A stretch of 37,868 nt of DNA from Deferrisomatales bacterium (GTDB lineage Bacteria > Desulfobacterota > Deferrisomatia > Deferrisomatales > JACRMM01), in assembly GCA_033551855.1 (NCBI GenBank), contig JAWSUI010000036.1, positions 1-37,868 of the forward strand, given 5' to 3'. Position 1 is the first letter of the stretch, and every line of letters begins with the position of its first letter. The notes below the pieces were generated by a model. It was not told the origin of the DNA. It saw only the letters and a list, made by a program, of their open reading frames with translations, and did no database searches. Below, piece by piece: positions 37,814 through 37,868 of the stretch. A program made the translations under genes and the position numbers.

Positions 37814-37868
37814 GGGGTTCGGGGTTCGGGGTTCGGGGTTCGGGGTTCGGGGTTCGGGGTTCGGGGTT
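37814..37868. repeat. Perfect GGGGTTC tandem repeat (at least 7.8 units, runs off the window)
   Basis: Directly visible, starting 8 nt after the purH-like stop. Confidence 0.95.

Overview
GC-rich bacterial chromosomal segment whose gene content suggests an anaerobic deltaproteobacterium (Desulfobacterota-like; inference). Housekeeping and metabolic genes: QueG-like Fe-S protein, alpha/beta hydrolase, rmuC, psd, glpK, MBL hydrolase, an S1 paralog, Sua5/YciO protein, EI24/CysZ protein, CoA-transferase-GNAT fusion, rhomboid protease, two thioesterases, a core (MesB-like) methionine synthase, PP2C, hypA-hypB-hflX and a PurH-like gene. The centre (12.4-23.2 kb) is a sigma54-activated CoA-dependent catabolic cluster. 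It encodes both cyclohexanecarboxyl-CoA and cyclohex-1-ene-1-carboxyl-CoA dehydrogenases plus a MenB/BadI-family ring hydrolase, suggesting a hybrid anaerobic alicyclic-acid pathway; the second dehydrogenase carries a +1 frameshift near its 3' end. Accessory DNA: three intact TA pairs and TA remnants, a truncated RAYT with its REP, nested REP-like palindromes, strand-biased 7-mer tandem repeats at gene 3' ends, and two copies of a 211-bp MITE-like element with 26-bp imperfect TIRs and 6-bp target duplications. hypA and hflX appear to start at CTG and ATC. All product calls come from motif recognition by eye; no database search was run.
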